Positions 49,576 to 64,000 of a stretch of DNA of 64,000 nucleotides are shown piece by piece. Numbering within the stretch: position 1 is the stretch's first letter; each line of letters begins with the position of its first letter. The position numbers and the translations under genes were made by a program. Where the stretch lies: NCBI RefSeq assembly GCF_009914755.1, contig NC_060925.1. The stretch is one strand, 5' to 3'. The notes under the pieces were generated by a model. The model made no database searches. It was given only the letters and a program-made list of their open reading frames with translations, and was not told where the DNA came from. This stretch comes from the human T2T-CHM13v2.0 reference genome, Homo sapiens.

Positions 49576-50023
49576 ACCTAAGCTGTCTCAAAAGTTTCTG
49601 AAAGTAACAGAGATCCTTTAAGTACCACTGAAATAAGATTTTGAAATGTTTATTTTCTCCTCTTAACTCATCCTCTCTTCTCCTCCTCTTCTTTTTTCTT
49701 CTGTTTAAAAATATACAATTTTCCTGGTTTGGTACGTAGTCAAAAAATAATTTGACCTATGCTTTGGTACTTTGTACATCACATCCCTTTTAAGGCCCCT
49801 TCATAATAGAAAATGGTTCATTAACAAAAGCCTTGGTACAAATTTCAATAAAATATAAATTAGAATATTTTAGATGGAGATGGGAAAGTGGTATGTATTT
49901 GGAGAGAAAAGGAAAAGGGTGGATGACATGTTTTTCCAGGAGAGACTTACTCGTCTCACTTCCATTGTGACAGTTGTTTTAGGGCCTGGCTAGAAGCCAT
50001 CTAAAAGATAATGTAAGGCCACC

Positions 50024-50390
50024 TGCTATGGGCTGAATGTTTCAGTGCCCCCCACCCACCCCCACACCACCAAAACTCATATGTTGTAACTCCAGTCCTC
50101 AGTGTGATAGGATTTGGAGAGGGGGCCTTTGGGAGTAATAAATCATGAGATTAGTGCCCTTATAAGAAGAGACAGGAGACAGGAGATTCTCTCTCTTTCT
50201 CTCTGCCATGTGAGTACACTAGGAGAAGACAGCCATCTGTAAACCAGGAAGAGGGCCCTTATTAAGATCCCAACCATACAGGCACCCTGATCTCAGTCTT
50301 CCAACCTTCAGAACTGTGAGAATAAATGTTAGTTATTTAAGCCACCCAGGCTATAGTATTTTGTTTCAGTAGCCCAAAGAGAATAAGATA
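50024..50390 (+). mobile_element. MLT1A0-like MaLR solo LTR
   Basis: tgctatgggctgaatgt...cagaactgtgagaataaatgtt...atttaagccacccag; degenerate TSD ccacc/ctatc. Confidence 0.85.
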
Positions 50391-50624
50391 CTATCCTTAA
50401 AGAATTATTTGTTTTTAATTCTGTCCTAATGGGCTCACTCTGGAAACAAATTGCTTAGGTGTTATTGACCTCTCAGGCCTCTGAAGGTTTCTCCATAGCT
50501 AAAGCTCCATCTGTTGCTTACAAAGTTATAATGCTTGAGGTAGGTACCCCATATGTCTTGCCCCTGCCCATGCTTTGAACTTTGTTCAAAGAAGGATGGT
50601 CAGTAACTTTTTTGTGAAGTAAAA

Positions 50625-50960
50625 GTGAACCCTCAAAACTCAATAATAAGAAAATATACAATCCAGCATAAAAATGGGCAAAAAGATTTGAATAGACATG
50701 TCACCAAAGAAATGATACAGATGGCAAATAAACACATGAAAAGATGCTCAACATTAGATGCCATTAGGGAAATGCGAATTAAAATCACAATGAGATACAA
50801 CTATACACCTATTAAATGCCTAAATTTCTTTTTAATGATAATACCAAGTGCTGACAAAGATGTGGAGCAACTAGAACTCTCATATATTCCTGGTGGGAGT
50901 TCAAAACTACAGCAACAATAATCAAATTAGTGGTTGCCAGAGGCTGGGATTGGGGAAAAA
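50625..50960 (+). mobile_element. L1MB/ME ORF2 C-terminal fragment
   Basis: [38 protein letters not shown]. Confidence 0.75.
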
Positions 50961-51086
50961 TGTTAATAGTTGTTTATATCCTGTGTGCTGGCAATACAAG
51001 TTTATGTTTTATTTCCTGTACTTCTGTTTATTTTTTAAAATTTCCTCCAAATAAATTTTTTTAAGAAAATGAAGAAATGTATACAT

Positions 51087-51590
51087 TGTGCTAGGTAATC
51101 TCCATTTGCCCATCCAGATAAATTCACAATCTTTCTTTTTTCTGTTTTGTGCCCTGTGAGGCTGACTTCTATGAGCTACCTCAATCAGGCGCTTTGCCCT
51201 CTGACTTCCTGTTGGGTTAGGCTAGTGGGAGGCACCAGCAGGAGTAAGTAGGTAGGAAGAGAAAAAGGATGGGGTATTTATTCCTCCAGCTCCCTCCCTG
51301 GCAGGCCACAGGATAGCAGTGGCTGACTTTCTCTACAGAGGGCCACAACTCCTGTCAAGGTACCTTCTACAACTACAACTTCAGCAAGCAACAGCCACCA
51401 AGTTCTTGGATTCTGGTTACCACTTCCTTTCCTTGTTCCTGTGGCCTTGGTGGTCATGGTTCCTAGCAGTTGCTATCATTCCTTGTTAATTTCCTTTAAC
51501 ATAGCTCACACCTTTGTAAATGGTCCCTTCATTAAATTTTTCTCAAATTATCCAATTTGAGTTTGTTTCTTTTTACATTACATGCTAATA
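51087..51590 (+). mobile_element. LTR33-like ERVL LTR
   Basis: ttgccctctgacttcctgttggg...ggggtatttattcctccagctccctccctg...tcccttcattaaa. Confidence 0.7.
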
Positions 51591-51983
51591 CCTCGCTAAC
51601 TCTAGGTGCTCCACAATTTTAATCAAAAAGATCTTTCTTTTGGAATCTTTAACAAAAGCCTGTCAGATTAAAAAGTAGAAATTAATTCCCAGACTAAAAG
51701 TATATGCCATCAAGTGTAGCACATAATTATCTGTCTACCCATCCATTTTAGCATTAGGTAGCCAGACAAAGCCATTGCTACTTACATACCTGGACTGCAG
51801 TATTTGACCATTCTGTTTGGCCATAGAATTATGCTAATCAATCAGACTATATATATATTTTTTTAAATGGCAAAACATGCATTGTACTCTAAATATGTTG
51901 AGCGCATTGCTTACTAAATTTCATAATATAACTTTTATTATCACTTATGGGAGAAACTTCTACGCTTCTTTTAAGTACTTTTA

Positions 51984-52102
51984 ATATATATATATACACA
52001 TACATACATATATATACATATATGTATATATATGTATATATATGTATGTATGTGTATATATATGTATATATGTATGTATGTGTGTATATATATATATATA
52101 TA
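51984..52102. repeat. (TA)n/(TATG)n compound microsatellite
   Basis: Direct inspection; second similar tract at 52283-52382. Confidence 0.9.
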
Positions 52103-52749
52103 TGACACTGCATATCATTTCCCCCCTCTGTTTTGGTTCTGAAAAGATTCAGGGCAAAAGTATGATCCAGCTCTAGAAAGTATATGATACCTAGAAACAT
52201 AGTGTTTGTGTACTACCCTCATTCTCTGCCATGTTTTCTTTTTCCTAGTCTTATCTTCCCTTAAATTACATTTCTTTATTTTCATATATATAATATAGTT
52301 GCACACATATGTATATATATTTACATGTGTGTATATATACATATATATATACATATATATATGTATATATACATATATATATTTGTGCCTGTGTATTTTT
52401 AAGGCATCTTAAATTCTTTCTGGCCTAAGCAGCAATATAAAGAGTACAAATTTATAGTTTCTTGACAGATGATTTCTATTAACTAAAGGCAAGAGTATAG
52501 TTTAGCCACATTACTATTTAATCTCCATTTTGTTAATGTAATCTAAAGATTATCTGGCCCAGAACTATTCTAACCTTAAAATGTGTGCCCTTTACAAACT
52601 GTCTACCCCTCTGAATATGTCTCTTATCCACATATGTTGAAAGAATCTTACATAATTTCAATTACTGTAAAGAACATTAAAATATATGAAATCATTGGCT
52701 AACTATAGTAATGACTAGGTTTCTTTAAAAAAATATATTTGAGGCATAA

Positions 52750-53167
<418 letters not shown>

Positions 53168-56149
53168 TCAGTTTCCTCATCTGAAAAATGGGACAGATAA
53201 TAAGAAAGTTGTTGTGCAGATTCAATGAGATAATACAGAAGAACAGAAACTGTCAAAATAAATATTATTTACAATTATTTTAATAAAATACTTTTCCTGG
53301 AAAACATCTTTCCCAGAACTATCATACAAATGATGATGATTTTCAAGGATCCAACTCAAACCTCATTCAGAGCAAAGCAATGGTAAAAATTCTTTATGAA
53401 TAACAAGAAACATAAAGTTACCCCTTTAATTTTTTCTATTTCTATTCATTTTGTCAAGCCACTGATTCTACAGCTACTTAAGTTTATGACTAGGCATTTT
53501 TTCAAAATGCTCCATTTGATAAGGTGACTAAATCTTGTCAAAACTGTCTCAGAAGGTCTATGCCCAAAGTAATGGTATTAGTCCATCTTACTCAGTTAAA
53601 CATTTTTTCCTGTTAAACTTGGGCCTTTATAACTGATTGCTCCCATATTGCATGTTTAACAAATATAAAGTCATTCCTCTTCAGTAGTCTCCTGGAGCTG
53701 GTTGATGCCACTGGCATCAGCTGGTAAGGGGTGATTGTACATATCTCTTCTTAACTCCACAATTCACGTTTACACTATGGAAACCAACAATCAAATTTTT
53801 TGTTTTCTTTCTGGAGAGGCTTTTATTAAACATTACCAGCACATCACTGCCCCTAGTCTAAAAGAACCAGCCTTCACAAAGTCTCAGAGTTAGAATGCCC
53901 ACAATATCTTTTATAATCGTAGCCCATATCAACAGCTAGTATTAGAGGCTATCCTGATTTGCATATATCAAAGAAATGTGGTGTTTAAAAAAACGGCAAA
54001 ACAATTGGGTTTCTATCTGGAATGTTCATATTTGTGAATCTAGCTTTTTGTTCTGGTTTAAAATGTGAGCATAAGTCTTTTCAGTTGCAACAGTAACTAC
54101 TGTAATGATGCTGTTTGATGATTCCTTATATCAAATTAACTTGAAAATATTGATACATGATGTAAGTACCCTTAGAAATTCAGTCTAATTTATTCAAAGA
54201 AGTTTAACTACAGAACATTTTATTTTGTTCTGGAAATCTTATAAAGGCATTTTGCCAAAAGCATTAAATATTTGATTTTACTTGTTAAGATTTGTAGGAA
54301 CTCCTTTAAATTTATTATAAAAAATAACAGCTACAGCAACACATTTTCCCCTTCATTAAGGTAGTGAAAAAAAGAACTTTAAGAGCTTTTCCATAAAAAT
54401 GCTCTAAAATATTCCATTAAAATTAAAAGGCAACTGCCATATCACACGTGGTCAGATTTAACTATTCATAGTTATTTTAGGTATATCAGCCCCCAAAGAC
54501 CAAACTACCTGAGAGTCCAGCTGTGTTCAAAGCAGATACGGATCTACAGAACTCAACCTCTACAGTGGGATAGGGCTGGCACAAACAGTTGTTAGACCAG
54601 AGAAGAAAAGAAGAATTCTGAGTTCGATATTAGCATTCGACTCCCTGAAAAGCCTCACTTGATTACAGGATTATTGTTAAGGAAACAATCATCCCGTGAT
54701 GATCAGGGAGAAATCTATGATAGAGCAAGGAGCTTAGAACAAAAGCCCAATTCCAGCAGTATTAGCCATGTGATCCCATGCCAGCAATGGTGAATTGAGA
54801 ATCTTAGTATCAAGTAATTTTCTAGGTTGTGGGAAATAATTGCATTTCAGTTGAAATCTTAAACTCTCATAATTACAAAAAGTATCTTTAAAATACTACA
54901 ACCATATGCATATTTGTTGTTAACTATTATACTCCTTCTGGTATGGTTCTCCTTGCCTAGTTTTGTTTTATAACAATATTTATGCATTTTAAATATGGTT
55001 TAAACATTAGTGGCCACAAAGATACATAGCTCCATGCATAAGTAACTTATTAATGTATTTTGTAGGGTGGTCCATTATACATATATTTAATTAGCTTTGG
55101 AATCAGATGTTAAATATTTGTTTTAATGTCCCGAACATCAACAAATAAAAGTACCCTATATTTTTCAAGAATTTATTATTGATTTTGAACTTAAATCTTA
55201 ATCTTTTACCAGTATCCTTGTTAGGGTCACCCAGAACCCCAACAAACTGACATAATGTACTTTCACCTGAGTACCAGATGCTGATGTCTTTGGAATCTTT
55301 ATTTTTTGGTATAAAAGGGAGTTATCAAAAAAAAAAAAAAGGTAAGCTAATGACCACAATTTTTTTTTAAATGTGGACACAGTAAGACAGTAACTAAGAA
55401 AAAAAAAAAAAAGACTTGCCAATAAATGTTAACATTTCACTTTTTGAACCAGTGTTAGACACAGGATGTACGAACAGGAATATTTTTGTTTTGTTTGCTT
55501 TGTTTGTTTACAGTCAAGTAAAAAGTACAGGGCTTGAAACTATACATACCTGGGGTATAATTCTGGCTCCTCCATTTACTTATTTGCTTGACCCTGAGAA
55601 AGTCACTCAGCTTCAAGTAACATCTGTTTCATCAGATTTTCATTCAGACCCATCAAATACTGAAAAAACAAAAATAATAGACAAGACTTTCCTGACCTTA
55701 TTTACATAAAAACAGCGCCAATGATGAATAAAGGGCAATGGTAACATTGGATTAGGCCATTGCCTTTCCTTGGAATATCCCTGTTAAGAACCTCTCAACC
55801 TTTGCTTTAGAATGATTTCCTACCATTAAGTACGGCTATAATGTTAATCCTAAAAGTGAAGGATTTCTTCAAATTCACACACACCCCATCACTACTTGTT
55901 TGCAGGCCAGTGGCCATTGGCTTTTCTTTCACCTAAACGAAAGAAGGAGCCATTTCCAGTCTACTCGCCTACTCATTTACTGTGAGCTCAACTCTGTTAT
56001 TTGGAAAGCTGCCATACATTTATGAGAGCCTAAGGGATATTAGATGATTGTCATCTTTCTCTTGTTCCCTCGCCCCCCTCCACCAAATGCCCTGGCAAGG
56101 TTGCCGCACCTGGACATGGAATTCCCTGCAGAGTCCCTTGTTACCAGAA

Positions 56150-56245
56150 TTGTGGAAAACTTGGACCGAGTTCAGAGAAGAGCTACTAAAATGGTTAAAT
56201 GACTGAGGGGGCCAATTTATAAGGAACTCAGAAATGTTTGGTTAA
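56150..56245 (+). mobile_element. CR1/L3 LINE ORF2 C-terminal remnant
   Basis: Translates VENLDRVQRRATKMVK*LRGPIYKEL, compare CR1 motif LERVQRRATKMIKGLE. Confidence 0.7.
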
Positions 56246-57648
56246 GTGGTAATTACCCTAAAAAAGGTGTGGTGACTGGCATTAAGTTTAAATTCCAAGC
56301 CATACTTGGCAAGAGGCCTTCTTTCAGGCAGCCTCCACATTCAGAAATAGTCTGAAGAAGGAGTAGAATCTTACTTTTGCTTGAGCCTCCAACCCCTGCA
56401 CAGGCTGCTTGGGTGGTATCCACATGCCAAGTGTAGTAACCTCTATAAACAAGCACAGAAGGCAACACCACTAACGCAGAAAGCTCATTTAAGACGACTG
56501 AAGAATGCTTAAAGGAAAGTCTTCCCAGGAATCAGGAAGAATAAGCCTGGGTTGTGAAAAGCCAGTCCCTACATCCCAGTTAAGCACCTATCACACCCCA
56601 CACAGCCAATATCTGCTTGATGGGTGGTATCATTTAATAAGAACTGCTGGCTGAGTCCAAAGTGTACAGGTCTGTCTCAAATACACTGCTGGGAATATGG
56701 ATTCCATTACCTGACAAGAGTTTCTACTTGACCAAAGAGGAAAACCTAAGAACAGGTATAATCGTCAAGAAAGCAGAGTGAGAAAATTTCTTATAACAGC
56801 ATTTTCCAAAATGTCTTCTAGGTGATGTCAGTATGTGTTATACAAATTAAAAAAGAAAAGAACCTAAAAACTGGAATAAATGAAGTTAAACCTTGTGTGT
56901 TTATGATGTGTTTGTTTTTATTAACAGTAAAACCCCTCAGAGCCATTAATATGCCGAAGCCTATAGTGTGTCACTAAGAAGGGTAGAGTGTACACTATTT
57001 CCTAAATTCAGATTGGGCATGGAGTGCTTTATTCCAGAAGCACGGACCTTTGTATTCACTGTATTCACAGCCACTTCCATAATACCTTTTACAATGCTGC
57101 ATTCAGTAAATGAGCAATGAAAATGAATGAGTCAGCCTAGGCTAGAACACAGGTCTTAAATCCCAATCTACTCCTCTTTCCACCACATTCATATTCTAGT
57201 TACGCTTTACTTACAATGAATCTTTTCACTCTATATAAATGAAATTAAATTTGTTAACCAGAAGCAGACTGACCTGAAGCTACTAAAGCTCAAGCTTGTG
57301 GGCCTCTCATCAGGCTTCCTAGTCCCAATAACTCAGTGTATATTTACAGTGCTGCATTTACTTTTTACTTAAGGAGGCCTCACAAAACTGTATAGCCTTC
57401 ATGTCCTGCACAACCTGCTGCTACCATATAAAATGAAAATGAGTTTTCACCAAATGTCTAAGTTGTCACTGAGATGACTGAACTGAAATTATTGATGATA
57501 TTATGGATGAAAATATACTCTGGATTACTCAGGCTCATCTTTAAGAGATTTCATACTCCTGTGTAGCTGAAATGTAGATTCGAATAAGAAATAAATCTGA
57601 GTTCATTCTTTCTATACTCTTCATAATTATATTAGCTTCAACCATCTC

Positions 57649-57934
57649 TTTTTTTTTTTTTTTGAGACAGGGTCTCACTCTGCCGCCCAGGCTAGAATGC
57701 AGTGGCACAATCTCGGCTCACTGCAACATCCACCTCCCAGTTCAAGCGATTCTCCTGCCTCAGCCTCCCAATTAGCTGGTACTACAGGCATGCGCTGCCA
57801 TGCCCGGCTAATTTTAGTAGAGATGGGGTTTTGCCGTGTTGGCCAGGCTGGTATCGAACTCCTCACCTCAGTTGATTGCCTGCCTTGGCCTCCCAAAGTA
57901 CTGGGATTACAGTCAAAAGCCACCGCACCTGGCC
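57649..57934 (-). mobile_element. AluS with collapsed linker
   Basis: Dimer with linker ctaattttagtag; 6-bp TSD catctc. Confidence 0.9.
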
Positions 57935-60630
57935 CATCTCACTTCTTATATGCCTCTTAAGATGTTTATCACTTCTACTATTCTGTTGTTTCTTAAATTA
58001 ACACCTTACCCAAAATGGTCTTTCTTCCAATCTCCCCACCCTTCAAAATTTTAAGACTATAAATAGTCACTATGAAAACATCACATTGTAAATATTACTA
58101 CAATTCCTTCTGAAGACCACCAGAAGCTTCTGAATCATTTTTTTCTATGTAGTAGTGACTGACACTTATAAACCTGAATCTATAGTGCCGCGATTTGGTG
58201 TTCTACTTCAATTCTTTAAAAACTTCACTTATATTAGCCTTGTCTTTTGAAATTTCCTGTTGGCTGCCTGAGATAAAATAATTTCCAGCCTAATCTTCAT
58301 CTTATCTCCTATCCATTTGACATTATGCCTTCAAAATAATATTTTATTATTTAATCTAAATGAAGAACACTTGATTCCAGAACATTAAATCAATAACATT
58401 AACAGACTGACCTTTGTAATTCATTTTTATCATGATTGATAAGCCAGTTTAAGCTTTCACTATAGCTACCCAAAGCTTTGCAGATTCCTTCTAGACTATT
58501 CAGAATTTAACAGGATATTCTAACAACCACACACAAAAACATCACTTCCAACCTGTTTGTGTCTTAGAGCAAATCAGGGTTTTACTCCCTCATTTTTTCA
58601 CAGCAAAAATTACAAAATTAGAAAACTGAGCACAAATGCCAAAAGTTTTACCTGCCTCTCTTTCTTTCCCATCATCTTACTGAGTTGGTGACTATGAAAA
58701 TATGCTGAGCCCAAAATAGCAGTTGTGTACTGCCAGGTCAGCCTTAGTCATTTCCAAGCCAAGGGGGAATTGACAGATACCCCCTTTACAAGTCTAGTGT
58801 TTGTAAATATCAAATGAAATGACTTCATTCAGTCAATTATTTCTGGAGAAAGCTGGCAGAATAATGTGGTAATTAAACTGAGGACTGATGGAAACTATTA
58901 AACAGGAGGGCTATTTTGCCTGGCAGTTCTAGTTAATGCTTTTTATGTGTTTTTGTTTTTTAAAAATGCTTGAAATACTAGTTCACTTAAATGGAATTGC
59001 CTCTTCATTGAAATACATATTTAAAATGTTCCAGTGAAGACAGCATAAGTAAAAGACAGGAGAAACTCAATTTTCTTGTATCTTCTGAGTCATCAGTATG
59101 ATTTCCTTATTTTAGATGAAATCAAAATGCAACTGTATTCAAATGTAAGTAGAACATAACCATATCCCAAAGCCAGAACACAATATAGTCAAGACTCAAT
59201 TGCCTGGGTGCTGGGTATTCACTTCAGTCTGAATATGCTGTCTACAGCGTATGTTTGCCCAGTCTAGTCTAGTCTCCCTTAGGCTCCTCTAGCTGGCCAC
59301 CAGCTTGATTCATCCATCCATCCACTCATTCATTCAACAATATTCAGCCACCATCTCCAGCACTGTTTCTAGTTACCTGTAATACAGCAGTAAAAAAAAA
59401 AAAAAAAAAAAAAAGTACTTTCCCACATATCTCTCCTGCCTACCTAATAGTTATGCACTCAGGGACAGACAAAAGTTCTAACAAAAAAGAACAAATTGGA
59501 ATCCGAAAGCTATTGGAAAAGATCTCTGAATGCTTCCCAAAGGAAAATGCAAGCTGTTAAATTACTTGTAGCTCTTCATTTTTAAGTGATTTACATACAA
59601 ATAACCACCATTTTCCCAGTCTTTGATGAATGGATACAAAGGTTTAAAAAAGGGAAACTTTTAATCCATTGGTAATAGTCTGAGAATGGATTAAGAGAAA
59701 TTGGCAAAAATTAAGAATAACTTAGGAAAACCAAGCCAGAAAATTCCAAGGTAGAGGGAAACTGGAAGAGTTAATAACTAAAAACAGCTTCTGCTACACT
59801 TCATAAATATTTCTCATTTTTCTTTGTTAGAATACATATTTCTATCATATATTTAATAGTATGTGATAAACAAGCATACTGAATAAATAAGCATATTCTT
59901 TTGAAAATGCAAATATCATGGGGATGTGGAGTTAAGGACCATTAGTCATCCACATTCTGCTCATATGAGCTACATAAACATTTAATGAAATGTTTGCCCA
60001 GTTCTTAGCAAGCTTAGAAGTAATATGAAAGTAGATAGTAGTAGTTAAAATTGTAAATTCTGAAGTTATACTGCTCAAGTATTCAAGAGCTAATATTTGA
60101 ATTCTAGCTCTATGACTAACAAGCTGTGAAAGCTTGGACAACTAACTTAATCTCTTGGTGCCTCAGTTTCCTCATCTACAAAATGGAATAATAGTTGAAA
60201 CTTTGCTGGGACTTGCCCTTTTGACAAAAACAGAGTAAGTAACAGGGACTTAATTTATGTTTCCTTCTAAACCCAAAATAAACAAATAAATAGAATAACA
60301 ATAGTTTTCAAGACACAGGATATCAGGCAACCAAGGACAGTGATCTCTAAGAGATGAGAAAAAAATTGAGGCAAGACCTATGATTTCCCCAGTTGACTGC
60401 CTTGAGAGTCCTCAGGCCACAGCATGTGGCAGGGGAGGGACTGGACAAATCCTAGAGGACTCCTACTTGAGGAGGTGAAGCTCAGACTGCAAGAAGAGCA
60501 AGGAAACTAGAATTTGTATGACGAGGTATCAGAAAGGAGTGAGCTGCATAGAAGAAGAATCATGGAGACCAGCAGACAGTCTCCCTCAAGGTGATCAGCA
60601 CATATAAGTGAGGAAACTACATGAGCCAGA

Positions 60631-61031
60631 AGCTATGATTTGACTGTTTGTCCCTTCCAAAACACATGTTAAAATTTAATTGCCAACAAAATGGTTTTGG
60701 AAGGTACAGCCTTTAAGAGGCGATTATGTCACAAGGGCTCCATCTGCATGGGCGGGTTTAATGCCTTTATAAAAGGGCTTCCAGGAGTGGGTTCTCCCTT
60801 GCTTGGCCCTTCCACTCTTCTATCATGTGAGGAACAGTTTTTCTCCCCTTCAAAGGACGTCATGTTTAACAGCCATCTTGGAAGTGAACACCAGGCCATT
60901 ACCAACACCAAACCTGTTGGCACCTTGACCTTATATTTCCCAGCCTCCAGAACTGTGAAATAAATTTCTATTATTTATAAATTACCCAGTCTGTAGTATT
61001 CTGATATGGCTGCACAAAAGGGGATAAAACA
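60631..61031 (+). mobile_element. MSTC-like MaLR solo LTR inserted in the L1M
   Basis: gctatgatttga...cagcctccagaactgtgaaataaatttctattatttataaattacccagtc; TSD ccaga/ccagg. Confidence 0.8.
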
Positions 61032-63123
61032 CCAGGGAAAGAACTATGCAAAAACACCAGACCAGGCATAGTGCCTGTTCCCATCAATCAGACTGGAAAC
61101 CTTTACAATTCCCAGAGCATTTGGTAGAGTATTCAGAAGATTCTTGCATTAGTAGCAGGAAATAATTAGTCCCTGACTAATCATTGAATAATTAGTCCTT
61201 GACTAACCATTGCTTTGGTTATGTCACAAATTCCAAAATCAAGGCTCAAAAAGATAAGCCTATTTTCAAGTAACTTAAGTGTATCTCAGAACAAAGCTCA
61301 AAAATATTTATAGGAAAAGAAAAATAGCTAGCACCCAACAAGGTAAAACTGACAATGTCTTGAACCAAACAAAAGATTACCAGTCATGCAAAGAAGTAGG
61401 AAAATAAAAATAATGAGTAAAAAGATTAATCAATTGAAACTTACCTAGAACTAACATAGTTATTAGAATCAGCAGACATGGATATTAATATTTGTCATTC
61501 CTGTATTCCATATGTTGAAAAGATATAAAAATACCTTAAATAATCAAAGATATAAAAACTATCTAAATTGAATATCTTGAGATGAGAACTACAACGTCTG
61601 TAATAAAAAAATATACTAGATTCAATTAATAAAAGATTAGACATTAGAGAAAAAATTATTAAAAATATTAGTGAACTTAAAGATGTAGCAATAGAAACTA
61701 TACAAAATGAAGTAAAGAGAGAGAAAAAGATGTTAAAAATGAAATGACCATCAGTGAGCTACAGGAAAACTTCAAGTAGCTAACATGTAATGGAAGCCCC
61801 AAAAGAAGAGGAAAAAGGAAGGGAGAACAATAATATATTTAAGGAAATAATGGTCAGAAAACTTTCAAATTTGATGAAAACTATAAACCCAGACATTCAA
61901 GTATCTCAAAGAACCCGAAGTACAAAAAGAAAGAATGAAAGAAAGAAGAGAAAAAGAAAGAAAGAAAGAGAAAAGGAAAGAAAGACAAAGAGAGAAAAAA
62001 AGGAAGACAGAAAGAGAAAGAAAAAGAAGAAAAAAAAAAAAGAAAGCAAGGAAGCTACACACTTATACCATGGTACATCATATTCAAATTGATCAAAAAC
62101 AGTGATAAAGTAAAAATCTTAAAAGACAGAGAAAAAACACCCATTATGTAAGGAGCAAAGGTGATGATACAAATTTCTCATCAGAAACAATGCAAACTAG
62201 AAGAGTGGAAGAGAATAAAGTAGTTTTTTAAAAAAAGTTAAACTAGAATTTTATGTCTAGTGAAATGTCTTTCGAAAACTAAGGCAAAATAAAGACTTTT
62301 CCTACAGATGAAAGCTGAAAGAATTAATCAGCAGCAGACCTACACTGTAAGAAATACTAAAAAAGAAAAAAAAAAAAAAAGCCCATCAGGTAGAATGAAA
62401 ATGATGCCTGGTGGAAATATGAATCTACACAAAGAAGTGAAGAACTCAGGAAATTTTATCTACATGTGTAAATATATATTTTTATTTAAATCTGTTTAAA
62501 AGTTAACTTACTATTTTAGCAAAAATGATAACATTGCAGTGTGGATTTTAAGACATACGTATAAATGAAAGGTATGAAACAATAGCATAAAGGCCAGGAG
62601 AGAAAAAGCAGAGGTGTATATTTATAAGGTTCTTATAGTACATGTGGTATGATACTACCTGAAGATAGACTATGATAAGTTAAAAATACATACCAAACCC
62701 TAGAGCAATTACTAAAATAACAAAACAAAGAATATAGCTAATAAGTTTATAAAGGAAATAGATACAGTCATTAGAAAAAGGAAAGAGGAAAAAGATATAC
62801 CAAGGCTAATATTTAGCAAAAGAAAGTTACAGTGGCTATATTAATATCAGATAAAGTAGATTTCAGACCAAAATTAGGGGGAAGAAAAAGATCATTTCAT
62901 TATGATAAATGAGTCTAAGAATCAAGAAGACATACAAACACAAACATTTATTCACCTGTTATTATTATAACAGAGTTTCAAGATACATGAAACAAAACTG
63001 AGATAACTGCAAGGATTAATGAACAAATCTACAGTTATAATAGGATATTTCTCATCTCTCAATAAATAATAGTACAAGGAGTCAGAAAATGAGTAAGGCT
63101 ATAGAGGACTTAAAAACCTAATC

Positions 63124-63378
<255 letters not shown>

Positions 63379-64000
63379 TTAAAGGGAAACTATATTATGA
63401 GACATTTAAGAAGTCTTAATAAATTTAAAAGGATTTAAATTATACAAATTAAATTTTGATGACATGGAACTAAAAATAGGAACCAATAAGAGAAAGTTCT
63501 CCAGAAAAGCTCCAAAATATTTGGAAACCAAATAACAAAATCTCAAATAATCCATGAATCAAAAAATCAAGAGGAAATAAAAAGGAATTTTGAATTGAAT
63601 GAAAATAAAGACACAGTATATCAAAATTCATGGGATGCTGCTACAGTGATAGTTAGGGAAAATTTTATTGTATTAAGCACTTATTTAGAAAGGAAGAAAA
63701 GTTTTAAATTAATGAACTCAGTTTCCACCCTAAGAAACTAGGAAAAGAAAAGCAAATGAAATCCAAAGAAAGCGGAAGAAATACAACAGTAAAGATTAGA
63801 ACAGAAATCAATAAAATAGAAAGCCAATAAACAATAGAAAAGTTCAACAAAACCAAAAACTTTTTGGAGAAAAATTAATAAAACTGATAAACCTCTAATG
63901 ACAGTGACAAAAAAAATTTTAAAGAGAGAAGACACAAATTACCAATATCAGTAGAGAAGCGAAATCACTACAAAGTCTACAGATATTAAAAGAATGATAA

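Noticed and set aside
51889-52354. 103-aa and 79-aa Tyr/Ile-rich ORFs
   Set aside because: Translations of (TA)n/(TATG)n microsatellites
55210-55393. Possible upstream minus-strand exon with poly-T acceptor
   Set aside because: Acceptor is just a poly(A) run, donor is weak and the interior is low complexity
61790-62092. 100-aa Lys/Glu/Arg-rich ORF
   Set aside because: GA-rich expansion inside an old L1 ORF1

Overview
Primate (human-like), AT-rich, repeat-dense genomic DNA with no recognisable protein-coding gene, RNA gene or CRISPR array. More than half of the window is transposable-element derived: a full-length but disabled L1PA4-like LINE-1 (1844-8055), older L1s (L1PA7/8, two L1PA15/16-like, L1MA, several L1M), about ten Alus, MaLR/ERV solo LTRs (MLT1D, MLT1A0, MSTC, MER34-like, LTR33), Tigger DNA-transposon fossils, MIRs and a CR1/L3 remnant. 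Most of the long ORFs in the supplied track are L1, Alu or microsatellite artefacts. The best-supported observations are mechanistic footprints that can be read directly from the sequence: a 35-nt 3' transduction inside the TSDs of the full-length L1, a twin-primed L1MA, an L1PA16-like element whose body is replaced by a nested Alu cluster, and template-switch palindromes. More speculative is a chain of minus-strand exon-like segments in unique sequence; three of them splice in frame to a 70-aa ORF and are partly bracketed by inverted Alus. Subfamily names are from recalled consensus features, not from a RepeatMasker run, and boundaries of old repeats are approximate. I cannot claim a new biological system.
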